Shown here piece by piece: positions 10,501 to 19,270 of a stretch of 64,000 nucleotides of DNA (within the stretch, counting starts at the first letter, position 1; each line of letters opens with the position of its first letter). Origin of the DNA: Deltaproteobacteria bacterium (lineage in GTDB: Bacteria; Myxococcota; Kuafuiibacteriia; Kuafuiibacteriales; Kuafuiibacteriaceae); assembly GCA_040218735.1 (NCBI GenBank), contig JAVJQW010000038.1, positions 1 to 64,000 of the forward strand, given 5' to 3'. The position numbers and the translations under genes are program-made. The notes below the pieces were generated by a model. It was not told where the DNA came from and did no database searches. It saw only the letters and a program-made list of their open reading frames with translations.

Positions 10501-11191
10501 CATCGGTGCGTGCGTCCTGGTGCCTGCCCCTCCACTGTTCGGGCGCCATGAACCCGGGGGTCCCGGCCGTCGTCGAGCCGAGCGCGCGGTGCTGTGAGAA
10601 CGCCAGCCCGAAGTCGACGACGTGCGCACGCGCGTCGGTTCCGACCAAGACGTTGCTCGGTTTCAGATCGCGGTGCACCACGCCGAGGGCGTGCGCGTGC
10701 GCGAGCGCCTCCGCGATCTCGGTGAGGAGCTCGAGCTTCGTGGCGTCGTCGGGCGCCACGAACTGGTCGAGCGGGCGACCCTCGATCCACGCGCTCACGA
10801 TGTACGGCGCACCGTCGAAGGTCTCCGCTCCGCCCTCGACACCCACGACGCTGGTCACCGTGGATACGTCGAACACCGTCGCGATCGCCGGGTGCACGAG
10901 GGACGCTGCGGTCCGCGCTTCGCCCACGAAGTCCACGGCGGCTCGAACGGTCGATCCCGTCGACGCCACCGCTTGGCTGTCCGTGGCGAGGAGCTTCAGC
11001 GCGACCGTCCGATCGAGGCGAAGATCGTGCGCGCGGTACACGGCGCCGAACCCGCCGCGGCCGGCGAGCGTACCGAGGACGTAACGCTCGTCGACGGTCG
11101 CTCCTTCGAGGCGTTCGATTCGATGGTCCCGCGCGCGGCGGGCGAAGAACTCGAGGAGTGGGCCGGGGAGTGCTTCGTCGAGGTCGTTCAC
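7487..11191 (-). CDS. Ser/Thr protein kinase with nSTAND1-type NTPase, TM helix and TPR-like region
   Basis: GRGGFGAVY, VALK, HRDLKPSN, DFG, APE; NPYPGL, Walker A GLSGVGKSS, Walker B VVDQLEE. The GTG start overlaps the sigma factor stop (GTGA). Confidence 0.88.
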   Translation of the reverse strand: MNDLDEALPGPLLEFFARRARDHRIERLEGATVDERYVLGTLAGRGGFGAVYRAHDLRLDRTVALKLLATDSQAVASTGSTVRAAVDFVGEARTAASLVHPAIATVFDVSTVTSVVGVEGGAETFDGAPYIVSAWIEGRPLDQFVAPDDATKLELLTEIAEALAHAHALGVVHRDLKPSNVLVGTDARAHVVDFGLAFSQHRALGSTTAGTPGFMAPEQWRGRHQDARTDVFALGVLIYRLLTDAAPYPPLDPSDAPPPPRLRSLRPDTPLLLDELVHACLAPSIEQRPATALVVARTLRALRGRRARSADAATSDNPYPGLLPFREDEASAFFGRDAELTLAFERLARSRRRWLAVEGLSGVGKSSFVAAAVLPALKTGALDGLAAGASVATVRPGRDPGAAFAAALAERPTILVVDQLEELATQSESEASVRDAIDALRAHLDRSAWLVTTARSDASARLAEVPELARLANACAERFELGPLDAAGLERAITGPAALAGRSVPEETVARLVVESAAGASLPTIAYALHELWQRSRGACDLGTYEAMGGVAGALTAAAERTLATLDERERAAARELLVGLVALDGSGEPARRAVERSDAMVMAGGGDLARRVLHALEGGGGLALVITRDGTSLELVHERLCTDWPRLRAWVAHCRGSLVARAELEAAAAAWTSAGRPDDGLPRGRQLAYFEGADRPSKSGRAFLTAALAAQTAREAEVQQRRRWRTMAATLGAAAIGALVTWAVVEREHRTASAAHAREVEARATQVAARLVSDAAKRPRTSDLRVALAASGDELLAGIETQEAAALQLEAVLRRTKLALEHGDHDAARTLTLQAVDRARAALRARPGSVELVRGFAGIIDSAVWISTFEPATVRALVDEAITLLERTIEAAPQDATLRLTLVDQLRNSGRFEQRFGSSLAAKSAFERALAVALAMPADAPGRAEALHGLHGNLLNVWVLLGRPAEARFHGDAHAATLSRDDDLFGHRGWVWHLFSIGDIANLVGHDAEALALARRADEHARRVFALGDGLALYEGDLVAARVRRAEASRRVGLLDEAERFAHEALEVMRAPSEPARLLPYEALALVTLGRVARERDDPTATLGFLEAGAYAALRARRSRKSTFVADALTTYGEALRDFGLHEEALDWLIRAEAAARASAAEGPADPVYFERWTRSAGALAGLCVLLGDGDRAAELGGRVDAAWAGLVDAYPTNRQWSAAWQSWTDAFRAGST

Positions 11192-11748
11192 GGCGTCGAC
11201 AGGTCCTCGAGCCCCGCCTCGCTCGCGCGTTCGCGCAGGCGCTGCGTCAGGCGTGAGAGCCGCTTGCGTACCGCGGCCTCGCTCACCGGACGATCGGGCG
11301 TCGAGAGCGCCGTCGAGATCTGTTGGTGAGACGCACCCTCCTGGAAACGGAGCACCAGCAGCGCGGTCTCTTCCGGGTCGAGGTCTTCGAGGAGCGCAGC
11401 CACTCCACGTTCGAGCTGATCGCGCCGGTCGGCCTCGCGCAGCTGCGTGCTCAACCCGGGCCCCGACTGCACGATGCGGCCGACTTCGTCGGTCCGCAGC
11501 GCACGCTCGCGCTCCCGCACCCGGGCGCGTCGCTCTAGGAGGCGGTACATCTCGCGGCGCGCGATCGTGTACATCCACGCGCACCGCGCGCGTTCGTCGT
11601 CCGCGCGAAGGGACGCGAACCCGGCGACGATACGCTCCCGCGCGGAGCTCCAGGCCTCCTCGGCGTCGACCGGATCACGGAGGCTCGCACGCAACCAGGC
11701 CTCGATCTGGGGTCCGAACCGCTCCAGCTCCGCCTCGATCGGCAGCAC
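11188..11748 (-). CDS. ECF-type sigma-70 factor
   Basis: DAEEAW...WMYTIAR region 2 and LLVLRF...ISTAL...AVRKRLSR region 4. Start uncertain. Confidence 0.8.
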   Translation of the reverse strand: MLPIEAELERFGPQIEAWLRASLRDPVDAEEAWSSARERIVAGFASLRADDERARCAWMYTIARREMYRLLERRARVRERERALRTDEVGRIVQSGPGLSTQLREADRRDQLERGVAALLEDLDPEETALLVLRFQEGASHQQISTALSTPDRPVSEAAVRKRLSRLTQRLRERASEAGLEDLSTP

Positions 11749-11805
11749 GCGTACGTTGTGTCGGGCGGCGTGAACGGTGTCAACCGACGGCGGGGAGTGC
11801 GCGCG

Positions 11806-12228
11806 TCAGCCCAATGCGAGGAGCTCTTCGGCGACCTCCTGCACGTTGCGTCGGGCGAGCTTCTTGGCGACCGCCGACTCGACCTCGTCCATGACGTCGT
11901 CGAGCACGGTCGTGATGTTGCGGCCGACGACGCACTCCGCGTTGGGCTCGCAGCGGTGGAGGCAGCGCTCGGGCTCCGGATCCACGGCGCGGTAGACGTC
12001 GTGCAGCGAGATCTTCTTCGCCGGCTTCGCGAGCATGGCGCCGCCGCCCTTGCCGAGCGTGACCTCCACGAGCCCGGCCTTCTTGAGCCGGCCGAGCAGC
12101 GCACGCAGGAACGCGGGGTTCGTGTTGATGCTCTGGGCGAGCTGCGCGGACGTCACCGGGCCTTCGTCGCGAATGGCGAGGACGGCGAGGACGTGGGTCG
12201 CGAGCGCGAAGTGGCTGTTGGAGAACAT
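11806..12228 (-). CDS. Rrf2 family transcriptional regulator (YwnA/HypR-like)
   Basis: MFSNSHFALATHVL...SINTNPAFLR...GKGGG...ISLHDVYRAV...NAECVVGRNI. ATG overlaps the upstream stop (TGATG). Confidence 0.9.
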   Translation of the reverse strand: MFSNSHFALATHVLAVLAIRDEGPVTSAQLAQSINTNPAFLRALLGRLKKAGLVEVTLGKGGGAMLAKPAKKISLHDVYRAVDPEPERCLHRCEPNAECVVGRNITTVLDDVMDEVESAVAKKLARRNVQEVAEELLALG

Positions 12229-13043
12229 CAGGGAACGGCGTTCGGATCCCACGCGCAGCGGTGACGCGCTTCGATCGCGTCGAGCGCCGCGAGGTGAGGG
12301 CCGAGCTCGAAGTCGAACACGGCCATGTTCTCGTGGATGCGGGCTTGGCTCTGGGACTTCGGGATCACGACGAAGCCCTTCTCGAGGCCCCAGCGGATCA
12401 TGACCTGCGCGGGTGACTTGCCGAGCGCCTCGGCGACCGCGACGATCGCGGGTTCGTCGAAGTGCTGCGCCTTCGCGAGCGGGCTGTAGGCCTCCACCGT
12501 CACGCCCAGCTTTCGACAGTGCTCGACGAGCGCGGGCTGGGGCAGCAGGGGGTGGAGCTCGAACTGGTTCACGGCCGGCTTGATCCGTGCGCCCGCGAGG
12601 AGCTCGTCGAGGTGCCGCTCCGTGAAGTTGCTGACGCCGATCGCCTTCGTGCGCCCGCCGTCGAGGATCTCCTCCATCGCGCGCCACGACGCGAGGCGCT
12701 TCTCGGCCACCGGCCAGTGCATCAGGTACAGGTCGACGTACTCGAGGCCGAGGCGATCGAGGCTCTTGTCGAACGCGCGCTTCGTCTTCTCGTAGCCCTG
12801 GTCGTCGTTCCACAGCTTGGTCGTGACGAACACTTCGGCGCGGTCGACGTCGCTCTCGCGCAGCGCGCGCCCGACGTCCGCTTCGTTGCGGTAGATGCGC
12901 GCGGTGTCGACGTGGCGGTAGCCGGCGTCCAGCGCCCACCGTACGGCGTCGTACGTCGCGTCGCCCGCGCGGAACACCCCGAGCCCGAAGTGGGGCATCG
13001 TCACCCCCGCGGCGATCTCCGTGGTCGCCTCAAGTGTAATCAT
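12228..13043 (-). CDS. aldo/keto reductase (DkgA/YvgN-like)
   Basis: GYRHVDTARIY, FVTTKLW, DLYLMHWP, IGVSNF, AYSPL and IPKS. Confidence 0.93.
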   Translation of the reverse strand: MITLEATTEIAAGVTMPHFGLGVFRAGDATYDAVRWALDAGYRHVDTARIYRNEADVGRALRESDVDRAEVFVTTKLWNDDQGYEKTKRAFDKSLDRLGLEYVDLYLMHWPVAEKRLASWRAMEEILDGGRTKAIGVSNFTERHLDELLAGARIKPAVNQFELHPLLPQPALVEHCRKLGVTVEAYSPLAKAQHFDEPAIVAVAEALGKSPAQVMIRWGLEKGFVVIPKSQSQARIHENMAVFDFELGPHLAALDAIEARHRCAWDPNAVP

Positions 13044-13053
13044 CGCACTTACG
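13035..13053. promoter_or_regulatory. putative Rrf2 operator overlapping the AKR start codon
   Basis: TGTAAT-N7-CTTACG imperfect inverted repeat with the same spacing as the site at 5775-5793. Confidence 0.45.
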
Positions 13054-13081
13054 ATAACGCGGCGCGCGGCGCGGAATCAAG

Positions 13082-14842
13082 TCAACGCAGCGCGCGATGG
13101 AGGAACGCCGCGAGCTGACCGCGCGTGATCTCGTCGGCGGGGCAGTACCGCGTCCCGCCGCAGCCGTTGGTGATGTTCGCCTCCGCGATGCGGTTGATGG
13201 CCCCCTCGTGCACCGAAGTCTCGTCGTCGGTGAAGTAGTCGGCGCTCGTCGCGGGGAGATGCAGGGCGCGCGCGAGGAACGACGCCATCTGCTCGCGGGT
13301 CACGGGGTCCAGCGGACAGTACCGCGACGCGCCGCACCCGGACGTGATGCCCGCGGCGGCGAGCCGGTTGATCGCGTCCTCGAACGCCGACCCTTCGTCG
13401 TCCGCGAAGTGATCCGTGGGGGTGTTCGGCAACGACAGCGCGCGCACGAGGAACGCCGCCATGTGGTCGCGGCGCACGGGTTCGTCCGGGCAGTAGCGCG
13501 TCCCGTCCGCGTTGCAGCCGTTGGTGATCCCCTGGTCCTTCATCCACGCGATCGACGCCGCGAAGGGGTGGGAGCGCGGGACGTCCGCGAACGGCGCCGC
13601 CGGGCACGAGCCGTTCGCGCAGATCGCTCGGTAGAGGAACGTCGCCATCTGGCCGCGGGTGACGTTGCGGTCCGGGCAGTAACGCCCGTTGCCGCAGCCG
13701 CTCGTGATGTTCGCCGCCGCGATGCGGTTGATGGCGGACTCGTGAGTGTTGCCGGCGTCGTCGCTGAAGAAGTCGCGCGTCACGTTGGGGAGCGACAAGG
13801 CACGCGCGAGGAACGAGGCGATCTGATCGCGCTTCACGTAGTCGTCGGGGCAGAACCGTCGCGCGCCACACCCGGAGGTGACGCCGGCGGCGGCGAGCGC
13901 GTTGATCGCGGCTTCGTGCGCGCTGTTGTCGTCGTCGTCGAAGGCGTTGGTGTTCGACGGCGAAAGATCGAACGCCCGTACGAAGAACGTCGCGAGCTGC
14001 GCGCGGGTCATCGCATCGTCGGGGCAGAAGCGGCTCCCGTCCGAAGTGCAGCCTCGTGTGATGCGCTCGTCCTTCATCCACGTGATGCCGCGGACGAAGG
14101 GGTGGTCGGCGGCGACGTCTTCGAATGGGCCGCACACGCCGCAGTCGCTCGAGCAGCTCCCGCACGACTCCGCGCCGCCGCACACGTTGTCGCCGCACAC
14201 CGGCGCGTTGAAGTACGGCGTGCGCTGCGCGGCGGCGTCGAGCGACAGCTCGATGTGGAGGTGATCGTGGTGCGGGTGCGTGCCGCCGTAGGAGCGGTCC
14301 TTGCTGCCGTCGGGCCGGTCAGCGCGCCACGTCCAGCGGTCCCAGATGATGTATTGGACGCCGATCTGCTCCGCGTTCTCGATCAGCCAGTTGCCGACGG
14401 GGTCGCCTTCGCCGTTGTCGGCGTCACCCGCGAGCGTCGCGATGTGAATGTCGAGCGCGCGGCCGGTGCCGTGCACGCTCATGCGCGTGGTGCTCCCGCG
14501 GATCGGTCGGCACGCGAAGCCGCCGATGCCGATCGTCTGCGGGAAGAGGTCCACGAGATCATCACGCAGGGCGCGCGCGCCCGAGGTGAGGCCGCTCGAG
14601 CAACCTCGCGTCCCTATCCACGCGCCCGCGCCGACGTACTCGACGTCCTGCCGATCGCCGATCGCACGCGTCGACGCCGGGATGCGCCACGGCCCCGAGA
14701 CCCGCGCGGACAGCTCGCTCTTCTCGAACCCGACGGGCGCTTCGATCTCCTCCATCCCGTGCGGCGGGTAGTCCTCCTCGGCTTCCGTGCCGGCGCAGGC
14801 CAGAACGATTGTGAGCAACGGGAGGACGAGTCGAGCGCGCAT
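13082..14842 (-). CDS. lipoprotein with M15/Hedgehog-fold-like peptidase domain and six SLH repeats
   Basis: Lipobox VLAC, SVHGTGRALD...HHDHLHIE metal-binding motifs, six F.D...I..GC....CP....TR.Q.A.FL.RA repeats. Confidence 0.8.
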   Translation of the reverse strand: MRARLVLPLLTIVLACAGTEAEEDYPPHGMEEIEAPVGFEKSELSARVSGPWRIPASTRAIGDRQDVEYVGAGAWIGTRGCSSGLTSGARALRDDLVDLFPQTIGIGGFACRPIRGSTTRMSVHGTGRALDIHIATLAGDADNGEGDPVGNWLIENAEQIGVQYIIWDRWTWRADRPDGSKDRSYGGTHPHHDHLHIELSLDAAAQRTPYFNAPVCGDNVCGGAESCGSCSSDCGVCGPFEDVAADHPFVRGITWMKDERITRGCTSDGSRFCPDDAMTRAQLATFFVRAFDLSPSNTNAFDDDDNSAHEAAINALAAAGVTSGCGARRFCPDDYVKRDQIASFLARALSLPNVTRDFFSDDAGNTHESAINRIAAANITSGCGNGRYCPDRNVTRGQMATFLYRAICANGSCPAAPFADVPRSHPFAASIAWMKDQGITNGCNADGTRYCPDEPVRRDHMAAFLVRALSLPNTPTDHFADDEGSAFEDAINRLAAAGITSGCGASRYCPLDPVTREQMASFLARALHLPATSADYFTDDETSVHEGAINRIAEANITNGCGGTRYCPADEITRGQLAAFLHRALR

Positions 14843-14955
14843 GGTCGACGACCCTAAGGGGCACGCGGCGCGACCTTCAATTGTGTACGGGAGGCCACGG
14901 CAAACCGTAGACGACGGTCCACAGTGGCAATGGTTGGGCGCTTGTCGCGACCGAC

Positions 14956-17190
14956 CTATTCGGGGAGCGGCGACAGCACCAGGTCGTCGGTCTTCGGCTT
15001 TGCCTCGCCGGGGTCGAGCAGCTCCAGCGCCTGGACCATCAGCTCGGTGTTCGGCGTGTGGACCGTCGTCTCCAGGCTCGTGGTCCGGTACTCGATGCGG
15101 AACATCCCGGCGCCCGGGGCGACCAGCTCGAAGAAGGCGATCTCCCCGCGGCTCGACGTGGTCGCAGAGCCGACGACGCGGCCCTCGGTCACGCCGATCT
15201 CGCCGCGGCGGCCGTCCTCGTACTGGAGGACGACGTGCGCCGTCTTCATCCCGACCTCGAGGCTCTGCACGATGTCGAGCGCGCTCATCTCGCGGAGCGA
15301 TCCGCTCACGCCTTCGAAGCGCAGCGCGGCGCGGGTGGGTACGGCGCGTGCGTGGCGTTTGAGGGCGCGTCGGATCTTCGAGCTCACCACCGACGCCGAG
15401 AACGGCTTTTCGATCATGTCCGTCGCGCCGATCGCCAAGGCCTTCGTTCGCTGCGCCTCGGTCGGGCTCTCGGCGGTGAGGAACACGATCGCGTCGGGCG
15501 CGCGGCGCAGCAGCTCCAGGCAGAGGTTCAGGCCGTCGATGTCCGGCATCGCGACGTCGAGCAGCGCGACGATCGGCGGTCGGGACCCGATCAACGCGTG
15601 CGCGTCACGCCCGGTGGTCGCCGCGACGAAGTCCTGATCCTCCGCGCGAAGCTGTTCGATCAGCGGGGTGATCAACGCGAGGTCCGCGTCCGCGATCAGC
15701 ACCGGCGGACCCGCGGGCAGCGGGGACGCCGTGGGCTCCGCGACCGCGGTCGCCTCCGGGTACCACGCATCGATCGCCGCGCGGATCGCGGAGCGCGCCG
15801 CGACGTGCGGGACGATCTGCGACACCCCCAGCACGACCTTCGCCTCCTGCAGCCGCGCGTGGTCGAACGGATCCGACACCACGAGGTCGACGGAGCGCCC
15901 TTCGTCGCCAACGCCGAGCGGGAGCATCAGCAGATCCTCGGCGCCCGAGCGTGGGAAGCGCTCCAGCAGCTCCGGGCGCGGCGGTGCACTCAGCAGCTCC
16001 ATCTCCGACATCCACTTCGACTGCGACTGGCGCGCCAGCCCCAACGCGAGATCGTCCTCGGTGATCGCCCCCGCGCTCAGCAGCAACTCACCGACGCGAC
16101 CGCCGCCCGCGCGCTGCTCGGCGAGCGCGAGCTCCACGTCGGCGTCGGTCGTGACGCCCAGCTCGATCAACATCTGCCCCAGCGCGTTCTTCGTGTTGGG
16201 CGCGGTCGCGTAGCGCGTGGGTACGAACGCGTGCACCGGCGTGGGGAGCCCGGGCTGATAGCCGCCGATGCGACCGAACTGCCGGCGCATGTAGACCGCG
16301 AGCTCGCGGGTCTGCGCGCGCCGCGTGAAGGCCTCGATGATCCGGTGCAGCTTCCGCGACAACGAACGCATCGAGCTCGGGCGGTCGTTGCGATCCCGTG
16401 CGAGGCAACGCAGCACGACGACGTCCAGCTCCCGCGGCACGAGTGGGTTGATCGTCGACGGAGGCAGGATGTCCGCGTGGAGGATGCGGCGCATCGCCTC
16501 TTCGGAGTCCGTGGAGTGGAAGAGGCGGCGCCCGGTCAGCATCTCCCAGAGCACGACACCCGTGCTGAAGATGTCCGCGCGTTGGTCGACCTCGATGTCG
16601 TTGACCTGCTCGGGCGACATGTACCCGAACTTCCCGCGGAGGTTCTGATCGATCGCGCCCTCGATGCGCGCGCGCGCGATTCCGAAGTCGGTGATCTTGA
16701 CCTCACCCTCGTAGGAGATGAGCACGTTGTGCGGCGACACGTCGCGGTGGACGATGCCGAGGTTCTCTCCCGCGTCGTCGACCATCGCGTGGGCGTAGGT
16801 CAGCCCGCCGACGAGCTGGGTCGCGATGAACAGCGTGATGTCGACGGGGAGGATCTCGCGGCGCGCCGCCGCGTGAGAGAGCACCGCGGCGAGGTCGCGC
16901 CCGCGCACGTACTCCATCGCGATGAACACGACGCCGTCGATCTCACCGAGGTCGTGCACCTGCACGACGTTGAGGTGCACGAGCTTCGCCGCGAGCTTCG
17001 CCTCGTGGATCAGGAGCCGTCGGAGCACCGCCTTCTCGGCGTAGCGCGGTCGGATCTTCTTCAGGACGACGAGCTTCTCGAAGCCCGCGTGACCGTGGCG
17101 TTTCGCGAGGAAGATGTCCGCCATCCCGCCGCGCGCGATCCGTTCGAGCACGACGTAGGGGCCGAACTGCTGACCGCGAAGATCCGCCAT
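14956..17190 (-). CDS. Ser/Thr kinase with MshEN/GspE-N domain, receiver domain and DUF4388-like C-terminus
   Basis: HRDVSPHN, DFG, YMSPE; LGQMLIELG...ALAEQ / RVGELLLSAG...LARQ; LLDVAMP...KPF; GVSGSLREMSALDIVQ. Confidence 0.85.
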   Translation of the reverse strand: MADLRGQQFGPYVVLERIARGGMADIFLAKRHGHAGFEKLVVLKKIRPRYAEKAVLRRLLIHEAKLAAKLVHLNVVQVHDLGEIDGVVFIAMEYVRGRDLAAVLSHAAARREILPVDITLFIATQLVGGLTYAHAMVDDAGENLGIVHRDVSPHNVLISYEGEVKITDFGIARARIEGAIDQNLRGKFGYMSPEQVNDIEVDQRADIFSTGVVLWEMLTGRRLFHSTDSEEAMRRILHADILPPSTINPLVPRELDVVVLRCLARDRNDRPSSMRSLSRKLHRIIEAFTRRAQTRELAVYMRRQFGRIGGYQPGLPTPVHAFVPTRYATAPNTKNALGQMLIELGVTTDADVELALAEQRAGGGRVGELLLSAGAITEDDLALGLARQSQSKWMSEMELLSAPPRPELLERFPRSGAEDLLMLPLGVGDEGRSVDLVVSDPFDHARLQEAKVVLGVSQIVPHVAARSAIRAAIDAWYPEATAVAEPTASPLPAGPPVLIADADLALITPLIEQLRAEDQDFVAATTGRDAHALIGSRPPIVALLDVAMPDIDGLNLCLELLRRAPDAIVFLTAESPTEAQRTKALAIGATDMIEKPFSASVVSSKIRRALKRHARAVPTRAALRFEGVSGSLREMSALDIVQSLEVGMKTAHVVLQYEDGRRGEIGVTEGRVVGSATTSSRGEIAFFELVAPGAGMFRIEYRTTSLETTVHTPNTELMVQALELLDPGEAKPKTDDLVLSPLPE

Positions 17191-17215
17191 CCCGAGTGGC
17201 TCGAATGATAGCGCG

Positions 17216-18133
17216 TCAGGGGAGGCGCGGCATCTCGAAGAACGGGCCGGTCATCCGTTCCTCGAGCATCGACCGCGTACGCCCACGAAGCCGTTGCGGC
17301 AGGGCCCGCAGCGCGAACAGCGCCGTCTCACCGACCTCCACCGCGTACGCACCGCGGCGCCCGTAGTGTTTCGACAGGTAATAGAAGCGGCTCTGGAAGT
17401 AGTGCTCCGCGAGGCACCCGCGATACATGTTGCGGTTCTCGCGCACCGCGGACGCGCCGCCGACGTGGTCGATCACCGCGGTACCCACCGCCCACACCTG
17501 GGCGCCGTACTCCCGCACGCGTAGGAGGAGGTCGGTCTCCTCCCAGTACAGGAAGAACCGCGGATCGAATCCACCGAGCGCGAGGAACACCTGGCTCGAA
17601 AACATCAGCGCCGCGCCTGGGATCCACTCGACCTGTTTCGGTGCCGACCCCGGCTCGATCGGCGCCGCGAGATCCGAGGGGCGGGTCCGTCCGAGGGCGT
17701 CGCGCAACACCATGCCCGGCGTCGGCGCCCGCCCGGCGGCGTGCAGCCCACCCTCCGTGAGTTTGCCCGCGGGTCCACACACGCCGGCGTCGGGGTGCGC
17801 TTCCATGAAGTCGATCATCGTCTTCAGCGCGTCGGGCTCGCAGCGCGCGTCGGGGTTCAAGAAGAGCGTGTACTTGGTGTCGACTTCTTCGAAGCCGCGG
17901 TTGTTGCCGCGCCCGAAGCCGAGGTTGCCGCCGGAGCGAACGAGGTTCACGAACGGGAACGCCGACGCGATGTGGTCGGCCGTCCCGTCCTTGCTCTCGT
18001 TGTCGACGACGACACACTTCGCGAGGCCGGCGTCGTGACAGCGCTGCGCCGTGCGGAGGGTGTCGTCGATGAGGCTCATCGAGTTGTAGGTGACGATGAC
18101 GATCGTCGTGGAGGGCTGCGTGGCTTCAGACAT
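17216..18133 (-). CDS. glycosyltransferase family 2
   Basis: VIVTYNS, VVDNES, NLGFGRGNN, LNPD and FFLYWEETD. Confidence 0.92.
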   Translation of the reverse strand: MSEATQPSTTIVIVTYNSMSLIDDTLRTAQRCHDAGLAKCVVVDNESKDGTADHIASAFPFVNLVRSGGNLGFGRGNNRGFEEVDTKYTLFLNPDARCEPDALKTMIDFMEAHPDAGVCGPAGKLTEGGLHAAGRAPTPGMVLRDALGRTRPSDLAAPIEPGSAPKQVEWIPGAALMFSSQVFLALGGFDPRFFLYWEETDLLLRVREYGAQVWAVGTAVIDHVGGASAVRENRNMYRGCLAEHYFQSRFYYLSKHYGRRGAYAVEVGETALFALRALPQRLRGRTRSMLEERMTGPFFEMPRLP

Positions 18134-19157
18134 GCGTGTCCTTGTACTCGTAGAGCTTGGCGCGTTTCCCGCGCGCGCGGTTGACCCAGAACGTCAGCTG
18201 CCCGAGCGCCTGCGGCACTTTGCCGAGCACCGTATAACGCGCGTACAGCTCGGCGTCCGCGAGGGTCTTGCCCTGCTCGAGTTGGTTCTTCAGGACTTTG
18301 CCGTAGAGCACCGGGTAACCGACGCCCACCAGCGCAGTCGACAGCCCGAGCGTCGGCGCGAGCAACCCGACGCTCGCCGCCGGGACCGCGAGGCCCCAGA
18401 ACCAGTTGCTGCGCACCTCTTTGGTCTGGTGGGCCTCCGGCCCTTCGCCGTGGAGGAACGCACCCTCGGCGCAGGCGTGTCCGCTGCGGATGCTGCGTTT
18501 CCACCACTGCGAGAAGTGGAAGAGCTCGGCGTCGTGGTGCGCCATCGGGGCGTCGAGGCGGACGACCTTCCAACCGGCCTGCCGCAGGCGCAGGTGCAGC
18601 TCGGCTTCTTCGCCGGCGATCAGATCAGTGCGCATGCCCCCGGCCGCGCGGTAGGCCTCGGCGCGGATCATCGCGTTGCCGCCGCACGCGTCGATCGGAC
18701 CGACGGGCCCGTTCCACTCCATGTCGCACAGGCGGTTGTACACGGAGGCGTCCGGGTTCACTTCGCGCAACACGCCGGTCGCGACCCCGAGTCGATCGTC
18801 CCCCCGAAACGCCGCGGCGGCGGTCTCGAGCCAGTCGAGGTGAAGCACGCAGTCGCCGTCGAGGAACATCACGTACTGCGTCTCGGGCCAGCGCTCGCTC
18901 AGATAGCGAAAGCCGGTGTTGCGCGCACGGGCTGCGGTGAAGGGGGCGCTCTCGTCGAGCTCGACCACCGCGATGTCTCGCGATGCGACGTTTGCCACGC
19001 TGCCGTCGGTGGACCCGGAGTCGACATAAACGCAGCGCGCGGGTTGCGTTCCGAGGCGCTCCAGAGCACGTACTAAGCGTTGGCCTTCGTTGCGACCGAT
19101 GAGCACGAGGCCGACGTCGGGGGGTAGGGTGACGGTGTGCGTTCGAGGGACCGACAC
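18126..19157 (-). CDS. glycosyltransferase family 2
   Basis: IGRNEG, YVDSGSTD, ARARN, FLDGD and GEEAE, plus a C-terminal TM segment. Confidence 0.9.
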   Translation of the reverse strand: MSVPRTHTVTLPPDVGLVLIGRNEGQRLVRALERLGTQPARCVYVDSGSTDGSVANVASRDIAVVELDESAPFTAARARNTGFRYLSERWPETQYVMFLDGDCVLHLDWLETAAAAFRGDDRLGVATGVLREVNPDASVYNRLCDMEWNGPVGPIDACGGNAMIRAEAYRAAGGMRTDLIAGEEAELHLRLRQAGWKVVRLDAPMAHHDAELFHFSQWWKRSIRSGHACAEGAFLHGEGPEAHQTKEVRSNWFWGLAVPAASVGLLAPTLGLSTALVGVGYPVLYGKVLKNQLEQGKTLADAELYARYTVLGKVPQALGQLTFWVNRARGKRAKLYEYKDTHV

Positions 19158-19270
19158 GGGAACGCGACCTTAGCAGGCTACAGCGGATCTTGCGCGGTTC
19201 GATTGTGTAGTTCGGGGTCTCGGTGAGGAAGGCGAAGACAAAAACGCGGTGCGCTACGATTCGGCTCGAC

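Noticed and set aside
14880-14950. GGCAAACC motif suggesting a c-di-GMP-I riboswitch
   Set aside because: It is on the wrong strand for the flanking genes, and the GAAA tetraloop and GCAAAG elements are absent.
13097-17208. Long antisense or alternative-frame ORFs (e.g. 13097-14857+, 15058-17208+, and similarly 32445-35117-, 54386-57094-, 60396-62210+)
   Set aside because: These are shadow ORFs caused by high GC3 bias. They have no motifs and overlap well-supported genes.
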